This document shows, piece after piece, positions 37,580-46,334 of a stretch of DNA of 47,501 nucleotides; within the stretch, counting starts at the first letter, position 1, and each line of letters begins with the position of its first letter. The notes under the pieces are model-generated. The model did not search any database, was not told the DNA's origin, and saw only the letters and a list, made by a program, of their open reading frames with translations. The DNA lies in IMG/VR virus record IMGVR_UViG_3300010052_000176, positions 1 to 47,501 of that record; one strand, 5' to 3'. Made by a program: the position numbers and the translations under genes. Origin of the DNA: a virus. Taxonomy: Duplodnaviria; Caudoviricetes.

Positions 37580-38656
37580 ATGTCTGTGACTCGTGCCCTC
37601 GTCAATTACGACGAGATGCTGGAAACCTACGTCACGGCTGGCGGCAGCACGCCGACTCCGGCGACGGACCTCCTGTACCAGAACCCCAAGGACGTCATCA
37701 GTGACGAAGTGAAGGTTCTGTATTCGACCATGCTGCGTCGGCCCGCGCCGTTCAACCGGCGTGGAGCGGTCGCCCGTGTGATCGACAAGAACGGGAAAAG
37801 CTCGCGGGAAGCCGCGATGTTCGTCCAGTTCAACAAGCAGCAGTTCTCTCAGGACGTCTTCATGGCGGTCCTGAATGATGAGGACGGCCGCTTGATCCAG
37901 GCCAAGGCGGCGTCGGAGGTGGACTTCCACACGGAACACGCCCGCGTCCGGCACAAGATGTCGAAGGAAGTTCTGGCCGCGAAGCTCCTGACCGGCCAGA
38001 CCGTCTACCTCGACCAGAACGGCGACGTTCGCGAGGGGTCGGACAACACCTATGACGCCATCACGTTCGGGTTCCTCTCGGCTCACCAGGGCCAGTTGAA
38101 CAACGGCACGAGCGCCATTATTACGGCCTCGTGGGCGACGGCGGGCACGAAGATTCTCGACCAGATTGAGAACCTTCGGATTCGCGCCGCTTCGGAGAAT
38201 CAGCCGCCCCCGGTTCGCGCCCTGATGAACAGCGGCATGAAGACCTATCTGCGTGCTAACACGCAGTTCAAGGAATGGATCGCGGCCTCTCCGTCGCTGT
38301 CGGAACGGGAACTGAAGGGCGATTCGATCGACGTGATCGGCGGCCTGAAGTTCGAGTTCTGGGACCAGACCTACCAGAACGACTCCGGCACGTACTCGAA
38401 GATCATCCCCGACAACATGGTGATCTTCCTGCCGGCGACGATGGACTGGGTGCAGCCGCTCCGCGGCCTGACCCTGGTTCCGACCTCAATCGAGGTGGGT
38501 TCGGGTCTGAATAACCTGAACGAAGCCTATGGCGAATTCGCCTACACCAAGATGAGCGAAGACCCCATCGGGATGGACTCCTATATGGGTGACGTCTTCG
38601 GCTGGTGTGTGAAGGAACCGGCCGCCGTCTGGCAGGCAACTGTGGTTGGATTCTAA
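37580..38656 (+). CDS. Major capsid protein (lambda gpE-like)
   Basis: 358 aa, position, PAPF, W-containing central motif, IPDNMVIFLP. Confidence 0.8.
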   Translation: MSVTRALVNYDEMLETYVTAGGSTPTPATDLLYQNPKDVISDEVKVLYSTMLRRPAPFNRRGAVARVIDKNGKSSREAAMFVQFNKQQFSQDVFMAVLNDEDGRLIQAKAASEVDFHTEHARVRHKMSKEVLAAKLLTGQTVYLDQNGDVREGSDNTYDAITFGFLSAHQGQLNNGTSAIITASWATAGTKILDQIENLRIRAASENQPPPVRALMNSGMKTYLRANTQFKEWIAASPSLSERELKGDSIDVIGGLKFEFWDQTYQNDSGTYSKIIPDNMVIFLPATMDWVQPLRGLTLVPTSIEVGSGLNNLNEAYGEFAYTKMSEDPIGMDSYMGDVFGWCVKEPAAVWQATVVGF

Positions 38657-38662
38657 CGATCC

Positions 38663-38688
38663 GCGGCCCTCTCGGGGGCCGCTCTTTT
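38663..38688 (+). terminator. Terminator-like hairpin after MCP
   Basis: GCGGCCCT-CTCG-GGGGCCGC followed by TCTTTT. Confidence 0.6.
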
Positions 38689-38761
38689 GCCCGCGTAGCT
38701 CAATCGGCAGAGCAGCCGCCCTGTAAGCGGAAGGTTGGGGGTTCGACTCCCTCTGTGGGCT
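38689..38761 (+). tRNA. tRNA-Thr(TGT), CCA not encoded
   Basis: GCCCGCG TA GCTC AATCGGCA GAGC A GCCGC CCTGTAA GCGGA AGGTT GGGGG TTCGACT CCCTC TGTGGGC T. Confidence 0.88.
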
Positions 38762-38779
38762 CTCTCTTCAGGATTCCCA

Positions 38780-39232
38780 ATGCCTTTCTCCCCCGCCAAC
38801 ACCTATGCCTCGATCGAGGAGCTAAAACTCCGCGTGTCGCGGCATGGGTACAAGTGGGCGGCGGACGTCGACGACGGGGACGGGTTTGTCCCCGAGTCCT
38901 CCCCGGAACAGAACTACCCCGAGGAATCCCTCGAATACGCCAACACCCTGATCGACGAAGCCCTGGTCTCCCTCAACGTGAGTGTCACCCCGCGCCCGGC
39001 CAACGACTGGTGCAGGGATCGGGCGATTGATCTCGCGGTGTGGCGGCTGTTCTCGCTTGGCGGGCGGAATGTCCCGGCCCCGTTTCAGGCGGCCTATGAC
39101 ATGGCGATGGACAAGCTCATGGAAGTGCGCGCGGGGACGCTGCGGATTCCGGGGCTGGAAGACCCCACCCTGAGCAACGGCCGGCGGTCGGGCCTCCCGG
39201 TGCGGATGATTAACCTCCGGCGGTGTCACTGA
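38780..39232 (+). CDS. Head-tail connector (Mu gp36/DUF1320-like)
   Basis: YASIEEL; ANTLID; DLAVWRL; YDMAMDKLMEVRAGTLRI. Confidence 0.8.
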   Translation: MPFSPANTYASIEELKLRVSRHGYKWAADVDDGDGFVPESSPEQNYPEESLEYANTLIDEALVSLNVSVTPRPANDWCRDRAIDLAVWRLFSLGGRNVPAPFQAAYDMAMDKLMEVRAGTLRIPGLEDPTLSNGRRSGLPVRMINLRRCH

Positions 39233-39747
39233 TGAACATTTTCACCGCCGCCCGCGAAGCCGTCTGGGCCGCCATCGACAATTACGGGCCGCTCCAGGGG
39301 AAGTTCAAATCCAAGTTCCGGTATTCAGGTGCGCGCGCGCGCACCTCGCCCGAGCGGCCGGACTTCGTTCGGGAACCGACTTCCACGAGTGAATGCCCGG
39401 CGATCCGGTTGCGGCCGATCGGACTCACGACCCAATGGCAGACGAACCAGCGGCAGGAGATGCCTTTCGTTCTCGAATGGAAGGTGTGGACCAAGAACCT
39501 CGACGCCTGCGAAATCGAGGAACTGGCGGCACTGGTGATCGACGCGATCCACGGCGGCAAGGCGGCCGGGCAGGTGCAGAGCTGCATCCGGGATGCGATC
39601 AACCAGAAGTTCCCGGTGTTCACGCCCATCACGTTCGGGCACGAAGAAATCGGCGACGGTCCCGATAACGCACAGGGCGTCCTCACTGCGACGGGCGGCC
39701 TTCTCCTCCCCCTGACCTATGCGCCGGTGAACTACAGTGTCCAGTGA
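39232..39747 (+). CDS. Putative tail terminator/completion protein
   Basis: Position and size; CPAIRL motif. Confidence 0.5.
   Translation: MNIFTAAREAVWAAIDNYGPLQGKFKSKFRYSGARARTSPERPDFVREPTSTSECPAIRLRPIGLTTQWQTNQRQEMPFVLEWKVWTKNLDACEIEELAALVIDAIHGGKAAGQVQSCIRDAINQKFPVFTPITFGHEEIGDGPDNAQGVLTATGGLLLPLTYAPVNYSVQ
39327..39346. repeat. (GC)6 palindrome copy 5, AGGT(GC)6ACCT
   Basis: Perfect 20-bp palindrome. Confidence 0.9.
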
Positions 39748-40693
39748 AATCGTCGGCGTTAATGGCTCACTGACGGTCTATCCCGAACTGGTGTGGGGTA
39801 CGAAGCCGACCGCGGATGATCTCGATTACGTCTACCTTCCGGTGGATTCGTTCGGGATCAAGACGGCTCACCAGAACCGGAAGAATAAGCCGTATGTCGG
39901 CGGCCGGTTCACCAAGCATTCGCAGGCGTTCAATGGGTTCCCGTCCGGTTCCATCGGCGGCAAGCTCCACGGCAACGTCGTCTCCAGTGTCTCGAAGTCG
40001 CTTGCTCAGTTCGTCTGTGACCTGTTCTATGGTTCGCTGACGGATAATGAGTCGGCGTCAATCGGCATGGAGTGGGCGCAGGGGCCGGACGTTGCGAACA
40101 AGGCGTTCCACGGGATGCGGGGCGATCAGATCACCATCTCTGGTGACTCGGCCTCTGGTGTCGTGGCGTGGGCGGGGAGCTTCGTCGGCAAGAATGAGAC
40201 GTCACTGACGACCGCGCAGGCGGTTCCGAACGATCTCGAAAAGCTGGTCGACTTCCACTTCCCGGATATGACGCTGGCGATTGCGTCCAGCAATATCGGG
40301 ATCTCGTCGTTTCAGGTGCAGCGGTCTCTGAATCAGAAGGTGAAGTGGGTCAACTCGCGAACTCCGTCCTGTATCAAGGTCGGGGACATCATCGACACGA
40401 TCACCGTTCAGCTTTTGAAGAACGCGGCCACCTATGACGCCGTCTCGCGCCTGATGGCGTCAGCCGGCACGATGGCTGAGTACGACCTCGACCTTGTCCT
40501 GAAGGGCAGTCACAACGGGACGGGGACGAACAACAACACGCGGGCCACTGCGGACATTCCGCGATGCTGCCTGATTGATCCTGATGACAAACTCTCGATG
40601 GACGACGTGTTCGAGCAGGGTTTGACGTTCGACATCCTCAAGCCGGATTCCTCCACGGCGGCGATCGCCTGGACCTGGGACACGGTTGCGTAA
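39737..40693 (+). CDS. Putative major tail tube protein
   Basis: E..WGT.P N-terminus, beta-rich 318 aa, followed by a terminator. Confidence 0.7.
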   Translation: MSSEIVGVNGSLTVYPELVWGTKPTADDLDYVYLPVDSFGIKTAHQNRKNKPYVGGRFTKHSQAFNGFPSGSIGGKLHGNVVSSVSKSLAQFVCDLFYGSLTDNESASIGMEWAQGPDVANKAFHGMRGDQITISGDSASGVVAWAGSFVGKNETSLTTAQAVPNDLEKLVDFHFPDMTLAIASSNIGISSFQVQRSLNQKVKWVNSRTPSCIKVGDIIDTITVQLLKNAATYDAVSRLMASAGTMAEYDLDLVLKGSHNGTGTNNNTRATADIPRCCLIDPDDKLSMDDVFEQGLTFDILKPDSSTAAIAWTWDTVA

Positions 40694-40720
40694 GTGCTCC
40701 CCGGTCTTCCGGGTTGAGCT

Positions 40721-40758
40721 GGCGGCCCGGCGTTTCCCCCTGACGCTGGGCCGCTTTT
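40721..40758 (+). terminator. Intrinsic terminator
   Basis: GCGGCCCGGCGTT/GACGCTGGGCCGC followed by TTTT. Confidence 0.7.
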
Positions 40759-40765
40759 CGTTTCT

Positions 40766-41377
40766 ATGCTCACATTCAACTTCAATCTCGGGAAACTCGC
40801 CAATCTTCCGGCCGCGGAAGACAAGATGATCCACGGACTCCCCTCGCTGATGCAGCAGGTGGGGGTGTATGTCCTTCAGGAGCAGAAGTTCAACTTCGAA
40901 AAGAAGAGTCGCGGCGGGGCGGGCGAAGACGGGGTGACGTGGAAGCCGCTGACGGCTGAGACGGAACTGAAGAAGGCCCGCAAAGGGAAGGGCTTCCAGA
41001 AGCAGCGGGCCAAAGCCAAAAAGCTGATGGGCCAGTTGCGGACGGCCACAACGTCCGAAAAGCGGAAGTCGCTATTGGGGAAGATCCAGAAGGCACGGGC
41101 GATTCCAAAGTCCCAGATCGGCGTTGATACCGGGCTCCTGCGCAACAGCGTGACGCCGGGCTACGCGGGGCCGGACGGGCAGGGAGGGAACGTGCTCACC
41201 GTGAACGGAAACCGTGTAACAGTAGGGTACGGCCGTTCGTATGCGAAGTGGTTTGACGCAGTGCGTCCGCTCCTCCCGAACGCTGATCAGCTTCCCACGG
41301 CGTGGCAACAGGGGATAGACGAGATTGCGCAGCAGTGGGTGGATGAGATCGCGAAGGAACTCGGACTATCGCGATGA
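40766..41377 (+). CDS. Virion morphogenesis protein (Mu gpG-like)
   Basis: DGVTWKPL..T..KK; DTGLLRNS; VTVG..YA...RPLL. Confidence 0.8.
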   Translation: MLTFNFNLGKLANLPAAEDKMIHGLPSLMQQVGVYVLQEQKFNFEKKSRGGAGEDGVTWKPLTAETELKKARKGKGFQKQRAKAKKLMGQLRTATTSEKRKSLLGKIQKARAIPKSQIGVDTGLLRNSVTPGYAGPDGQGGNVLTVNGNRVTVGYGRSYAKWFDAVRPLLPNADQLPTAWQQGIDEIAQQWVDEIAKELGLSR

Positions 41378-41481
41378 CGATGTCCCAGTTCGCCATCACT
41401 GGCGGGTTGCGGATCTGGGCAATGAAGAACGCCGCACGCTCCGATGGCTCCGCCATAAGTTCCCGATCAGGAAGGCCCTCC

Positions 41482-41490
41482 CGATAACGG
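41482..41490 (+). promoter_or_regulatory. CGATAACGG candidate late promoter of the tail-tip operon
   Basis: Upstream of ATG 41527. Confidence 0.65.
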
Positions 41491-41526
41491 GGTGAACTCT
41501 ACAGCCGCATTCTGTGATCGGTCAAC

Positions 41527-42993
41527 ATGGCAGCCACGCTGGAAATCGGGGGCAACGCAGACGGCGCGTCCAAGGCGCTGAAGGACGTGAAGGCGGGCAC
41601 GGCCGAGGTGGCGGCCGAAATGAAGAAGGCGGATATGTCCGCCGAAGAACTCAAGGCCGAGATTGAGGCGATTGGTCGGACGGAGTTCGACGTTGATCCG
41701 ATCAAGCAGCTTCGGAAGGAGTTGGAGCTTTCCGCGAAGGCGGCTGGTGACATCGGCGGCGGGGGCGTCACCGGAAAGCTCACCGCCCTGTTCTCCGGGG
41801 TCACGGCAGGCATTCAGGTTTTCAAGGGGCTCTCGCAGGGCGTGAGGGAGTTCCGGGAATACGTGCGTGGAGCGGCGGAGGCGGGCGACGAGGGGTTCAC
41901 GGATCTTGATCGGACGCTGACGAATGTTTCGGGGAAGTTCACGGCCCTGGTGAGTAATGCCGCGCAGTCCAATCTGGGGCAGATGCTTCTGGGTGGGATC
42001 GGCGGGTTTGCTGATGCGGCCGTGGAAGGGCTCGCGTCCGTATTGGGGGTCTCCACCGAATTGGAGGCGTCGGCCGTCCGGCTGGCGAACATCCACAAGC
42101 AGCTCGCCAGCGCTGAGAAGGTGGAGGCGGATCTTCGGAAGTCGCGCGAGGGCGAGCGGCTTCAGAATGCCGTCAATCAGATTGACGATCTGGGGCGGGT
42201 CAATGCCTTGGTCCAGAAGGAAATCGACCTCCTGAAGAAGCTGGCGTCCGAAGACAAGCTCACGGCCGAGCAGCAGGAGAAGTCGCGGCAGAAGATCGGG
42301 TCTCTGGAGAACCGGCGGCGGCAGTTGCAGTCGGAGGCGGCGGCTGAGCGGCGGCGGCAGTTAGAGGAACAGATCCGGGCCGAGGAAGCAGCGGCCCAGG
42401 CTCAGTACGACGCGCAGGTGAGGGCGGCCGAGGAATATTCGCGGCTTCAGGAGCGATTGGCCAAAGAGGAAGAAGCCCGCAAGGTCAAAGAGGTTCGCGA
42501 CACCGAGGCGGCCGAGCGTGCCAAACTGGAGGCGGCCGACAAGGCGAAAGCGGAGTATCAGCGGAAGGTTGACGAACTCGCTGGAAAGGACAACGTGAAG
42601 GGGGCGGTCCAAGGCGTTCAGGAGGCGGCGGGCAGCATTGAGGCGTTGATTCGGAGGCTGGCCAGCAACGCGGGCAAGGAAGGCACGGACGAATACCGGA
42701 AGGCGTTCCGTCAAGCGACGATGCAGTCCCGGGGCGGGGCCAAGATCTTTTCAGATGAACAGATCGCCCAGGCTCAACAGCAGAACGCCAACGCGATCAC
42801 GCAGTCCCTTCAGGGCACGGCTGGAGTGTCGGACCTGATGGTGGACGCCTTGAATCAGAACCTTCAGGCCGCGCAGCAGCTTGACCAGAACAACGCCCAG
42901 GTGGCGCAGGAGGTGGCCCAGATCCGGGCTCAGCTCGCCGAGGTGGGCAAGAACACGACTCGCCGGGCTCAGACGATGGGACGGAAACAGTGA
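41527..42993 (+). CDS. Short tape measure protein
   Basis: Helical Ala/Gln/Glu-rich 488 aa with Gly-rich hydrophobic segments. Confidence 0.7.
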   Translation: MAATLEIGGNADGASKALKDVKAGTAEVAAEMKKADMSAEELKAEIEAIGRTEFDVDPIKQLRKELELSAKAAGDIGGGGVTGKLTALFSGVTAGIQVFKGLSQGVREFREYVRGAAEAGDEGFTDLDRTLTNVSGKFTALVSNAAQSNLGQMLLGGIGGFADAAVEGLASVLGVSTELEASAVRLANIHKQLASAEKVEADLRKSREGERLQNAVNQIDDLGRVNALVQKEIDLLKKLASEDKLTAEQQEKSRQKIGSLENRRRQLQSEAAAERRRQLEEQIRAEEAAAQAQYDAQVRAAEEYSRLQERLAKEEEARKVKEVRDTEAAERAKLEAADKAKAEYQRKVDELAGKDNVKGAVQGVQEAAGSIEALIRRLASNAGKEGTDEYRKAFRQATMQSRGGAKIFSDEQIAQAQQQNANAITQSLQGTAGVSDLMVDALNQNLQAAQQLDQNNAQVAQEVAQIRAQLAEVGKNTTRRAQTMGRKQ

Positions 42994-44897
42994 GCGACCT
43001 GCGCATCAGTCAATGGGACTTCGTCAACGAAGAGTGGGACGCCCTGGACCTGACCACGCTCGGGATCGCCGACGTCAAGGTTAAGCGGTCCAACTCGCAT
43101 CCGGCCATCCTCACGTTCACGATGACGGCGGCCAACTACAAACTCCCGCTCTCCTATCAAACCGTCCTCGCGGTCTGGGATGAGGGAGCAGACCACGCGG
43201 ACGGTGTGACTGCACAGTCAGCCGACTACCCGCTGTTTGAAGGCTGGGTGGAAGTCATCACGCCCGGGTCGGAGTCCAACGAAGTTTCGATCACCGCCTA
43301 CGACCCGTCGTGGCGCGCGGCTCGACTTTCGTTGATGAACCTCCCGTGGGACAACGCGACAACTCCCGATCCCGCGTCCTCACCCCTCATTACTTACAAC
43401 GCGACGAACGACGCCAGTGTGGAATATGCGCTGGCGCGCGCGGTGGCGTTCACGGTCGGGGAGATTATCGAACAGGTGATGGACGACCATGTTCTTCCCC
43501 TTCAGGCGATCTTCGCGGCGCCCGCGGCTGGCACGCCCTACGACTCGACGGAAATTGACGCCCTCGCGTCGGAACCACAGTCGACAGTGACGGCTCAGAC
43601 GGAGTGCTTTGCCGCGTTCTGCGAAAGGCTGTTGGCCGCGCACGATCCGGCCATTCGGATGTTCTTGGAACCCGGAACCCGCAAGTGGCGGTTCCAAAAT
43701 ATGAAGGAAGCCCCCGAAGTCACCATCACCCTGAACGATCCCTCCAATCCGACAGGGATGGTGCTGGCGGCGGATATTCAGCGGAGCGCGGACGGGCGGT
43801 ATGGGGCTGTTGAAATCTACGGCCCCCCGACTCGTGAATGGGCCGAAGCGACCTACACGCCTGCGGGGCCGAACACTCTCGACCTGACCGGAACGGCCAC
43901 GGTGGGGACCTCCCCCGAGGAGTTCAACTGCTGGTATGAGTTTCAGGTGGTCGACCCGGACTTTACCCGCATGGTCAACCGTGGTCCCTACCCGATCACG
44001 GTCCCTGGTCCCACCATCGTGTCGAGCAAGTCCGATGGGTCGATTCCTTCGGCGGTCATCCCGTCTTACACGACGACCCACTGGGCCACGTTCATTGCGA
44101 CGTTTCAGGACAACGATGGGGGATCGGATCAGCCTGCGTCGTTCTCCGGGTGGATCTGTGATGCGCGCTCGGGAATCGTCTCGTTCGGCAACGTGACCAA
44201 CAAAACGTGTGTCTGTCGCTTCAATCCAACAGGCACGCCGAAGATCGAAACCCCCGAGTCGGTGACGTTCCTCTATCCCCGTCTCGCGCCGCCGCTCAAG
44301 GTGCGAGTTCCTGAGTCGGGATTCGAGGGGACGGCCTACACGGTTGGAGGACTCGAAAACACCTACCGCGTCTATGACGAGACGCTGGCGGTCGGGTACG
44401 AAAACGGGAACCCGGTGGGGTCGGCCACTCGCGAGGCTCGGTTCGAAGAGTACGCCGCGCAGTTATTGGAGCAGAAGAAAGACCTGATCTACGCGGGGCC
44501 GATCACGCTGGAGGGGATGGCCTATGAGTTCGCGTTGCTCAATCGCCGGGTGAACCTCGAAGCCCTGGATGATGACGGCGACCCGATCACCGATGAATGG
44601 ACGTGGGACACCATCGGGGCGTTGGTCTCGGATGTGGAATACGACTTCAAAGAGGGCACGACCACGATCAGCTTTTCGTCGGATCAACTCGAAGCCCTGT
44701 CGATGTCTCAGGACGAGATGAAGGCCCGGCTCAAGATTCGTCCGGCCGAAAAAGTGTTCTGGTACACGTGGAACGCGGTCACGTTCCGGAGGCCGACCAA
44801 GCCGGGCGGGTTCCGCTCGGGCGCGATGAACGGCGACACGGTGGCCGTCGCGACGATCGGGTCTGGCTACGTCGACGAGTTCGGGGAGGCCCAATAG
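42990..44897 (+). CDS. Tail tip / baseplate hub-like protein
   Basis: LTFT, PLFEGWV, VSITAYD motifs; follows tape measure. Confidence 0.65.
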   Translation: MSDLRISQWDFVNEEWDALDLTTLGIADVKVKRSNSHPAILTFTMTAANYKLPLSYQTVLAVWDEGADHADGVTAQSADYPLFEGWVEVITPGSESNEVSITAYDPSWRAARLSLMNLPWDNATTPDPASSPLITYNATNDASVEYALARAVAFTVGEIIEQVMDDHVLPLQAIFAAPAAGTPYDSTEIDALASEPQSTVTAQTECFAAFCERLLAAHDPAIRMFLEPGTRKWRFQNMKEAPEVTITLNDPSNPTGMVLAADIQRSADGRYGAVEIYGPPTREWAEATYTPAGPNTLDLTGTATVGTSPEEFNCWYEFQVVDPDFTRMVNRGPYPITVPGPTIVSSKSDGSIPSAVIPSYTTTHWATFIATFQDNDGGSDQPASFSGWICDARSGIVSFGNVTNKTCVCRFNPTGTPKIETPESVTFLYPRLAPPLKVRVPESGFEGTAYTVGGLENTYRVYDETLAVGYENGNPVGSATREARFEEYAAQLLEQKKDLIYAGPITLEGMAYEFALLNRRVNLEALDDDGDPITDEWTWDTIGALVSDVEYDFKEGTTTISFSSDQLEALSMSQDEMKARLKIRPAEKVFWYTWNAVTFRRPTKPGGFRSGAMNGDTVAVATIGSGYVDEFGEAQ

Positions 44898-45670
44898 TGC
44901 TGTGGCCGATCGAGAACGCCGTTCACTCCCGGGACGTCGAACAGCGGTTGATGCGGTCGCTCGGGCAGGTGTTCCGGCTGGAGTCGGACCTGCGCGGGTT
45001 CGGCTTTGCCACGGGCCAAGCTCCTGTTGATCCGGATGTGGCCATTCCCGAATCCCCCCCGGTTCCGTGGAAGAAGAAGGTTCTGCGTCTGCTGTCGACG
45101 ACGGCCACGCTGACCTATGTGAACTTCGACGCCCTGCTGGCGGCCGAGGCGGTTGGCGGAGTGGATACGGTCTACTCCGGCAACATCAACGATTATTCGT
45201 TCGTCTTCCTGCACGCGGCCAGCACGGTGTGGGCGGACATCATGGCCGCGCCGAGTTGGGTCGGGCGAATCATCGCGTCCGGCGAAAACCCTATCGGGTC
45301 GACGTCCACGGCGGCCCGGACTCAGTGCCGGACGATCGCGACTGACTGCGGTCTGACCAATGACCTGACGGACGCTTACGACGCGGGGTCAACGCTGATC
45401 TCCGCAATCACGGCCGATCCGCTCACGGCTGGCGTGAGTTCGATCCGGCATGCCGGAACCGGGGCGTTCCTCACCGCAGGCGGGTTTCCAGTTCTCTGGT
45501 CGACCATCAACGACACGACGCCGGCCCCGAACGTCAAGCCCGCCTGTGTGCATGCGAGGTTCAACGACACGTCCGTGGTGCTGATTCAGGATCTCAACTT
45601 CTTCGGCGATGCGATCTGGAATTCCGGGAATGCCCAGTTCGTCACCAACTGCCTGAACGTCTACCCATGA
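44897..45670 (+). CDS. Putative tail fibre/receptor-binding protein
   Basis: TAGTG coupling; N-terminal coiled segment plus globular domain. Confidence 0.5.
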   Translation: MLWPIENAVHSRDVEQRLMRSLGQVFRLESDLRGFGFATGQAPVDPDVAIPESPPVPWKKKVLRLLSTTATLTYVNFDALLAAEAVGGVDTVYSGNINDYSFVFLHAASTVWADIMAAPSWVGRIIASGENPIGSTSTAARTQCRTIATDCGLTNDLTDAYDAGSTLISAITADPLTAGVSSIRHAGTGAFLTAGGFPVLWSTINDTTPAPNVKPACVHARFNDTSVVLIQDLNFFGDAIWNSGNAQFVTNCLNVYP

Positions 45671-45834
45671 ACATCGCGAACTTCCCGCCGATCGACACCC
45701 CCGCATGGAAGCGGATGGTGGAGCAACGCATCGTCGAACTCGAATCCAAAATCTTTCGACTGGAAGCCGAAGTCTCCTACCTGCGCAATCAGGTGGGCAA
45801 TCTCCCCGTGAACCCCGACGTGACCGTTCCATGA
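45667..45834 (+). CDS. 55-aa paralog of the N-terminus of the preceding protein
   Basis: PID..RMVEQR-8-FRLE-13-PVNPDV versus PIE..RDVEQR-8-FRLE-13-PVDPDV. Confidence 0.65.
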   Translation: MNIANFPPIDTPAWKRMVEQRIVELESKIFRLEAEVSYLRNQVGNLPVNPDVTVP

Positions 45835-46301
45835 GTTGGCGCAAGCCCGGCCGCCCCTGCCTCCACTACAGCACCTCCCAAAACGCCTGTCGGCTCGCTG
45901 GCGCTCTTTGCGGGGATATTCCGGCCCCATGCACCGAAAGCGACTGCGCGGCCTGCTACAGCCTCTCAGAGCCCACAATGGCGGCCCCCAACGAAGTCGT
46001 GGCCCGGCTCGTCACGGACTGGAAGGCCAAGCGGCAGGTGCGCGCGCGCGCACCTGAACTGCCCGCGCCGCCGGCCCCTGGAATCGCGGCGTACACCGAG
46101 GCCGATTTCCCGTGCGTCCACCGGGGGGAGAAAACCGGGGAGCATCAGTGCACGGAATGCGACGGGGGAAAGCTCCATATCCTGTATGACTGCGGACTGA
46201 AGGGGCGGGAATGCACGGTGCTGGCGGCGCCGAAGGCCCGGGGGAAGGACGGGCAGCACGCTCTCTGCTGCCTGGCGTGTGACGAACGGCAGGCGGCCTG
46301 A
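45831..46301 (+). CDS. Cys-rich hypothetical protein
   Basis: ATGA coupling; two Cys clusters. Confidence 0.65.
   Translation: MSWRKPGRPCLHYSTSQNACRLAGALCGDIPAPCTESDCAACYSLSEPTMAAPNEVVARLVTDWKAKRQVRARAPELPAPPAPGIAAYTEADFPCVHRGEKTGEHQCTECDGGKLHILYDCGLKGRECTVLAAPKARGKDGQHALCCLACDERQAA
46035..46056. repeat. (GC)6 palindrome copy 6, CAGGT(GC)6ACCTG
   Basis: Perfect 22-bp palindrome. Confidence 0.9.
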
Positions 46302-46334
46302 TAGAGTCCGCCCGTCTCTGTTGCGGGAGATGGG

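Noticed and set aside
33481-41377. Transposable Mu-type phage
   Set aside because: Head genes are Mu-like, but there is no MuA/MuB and a tyrosine integrase is present
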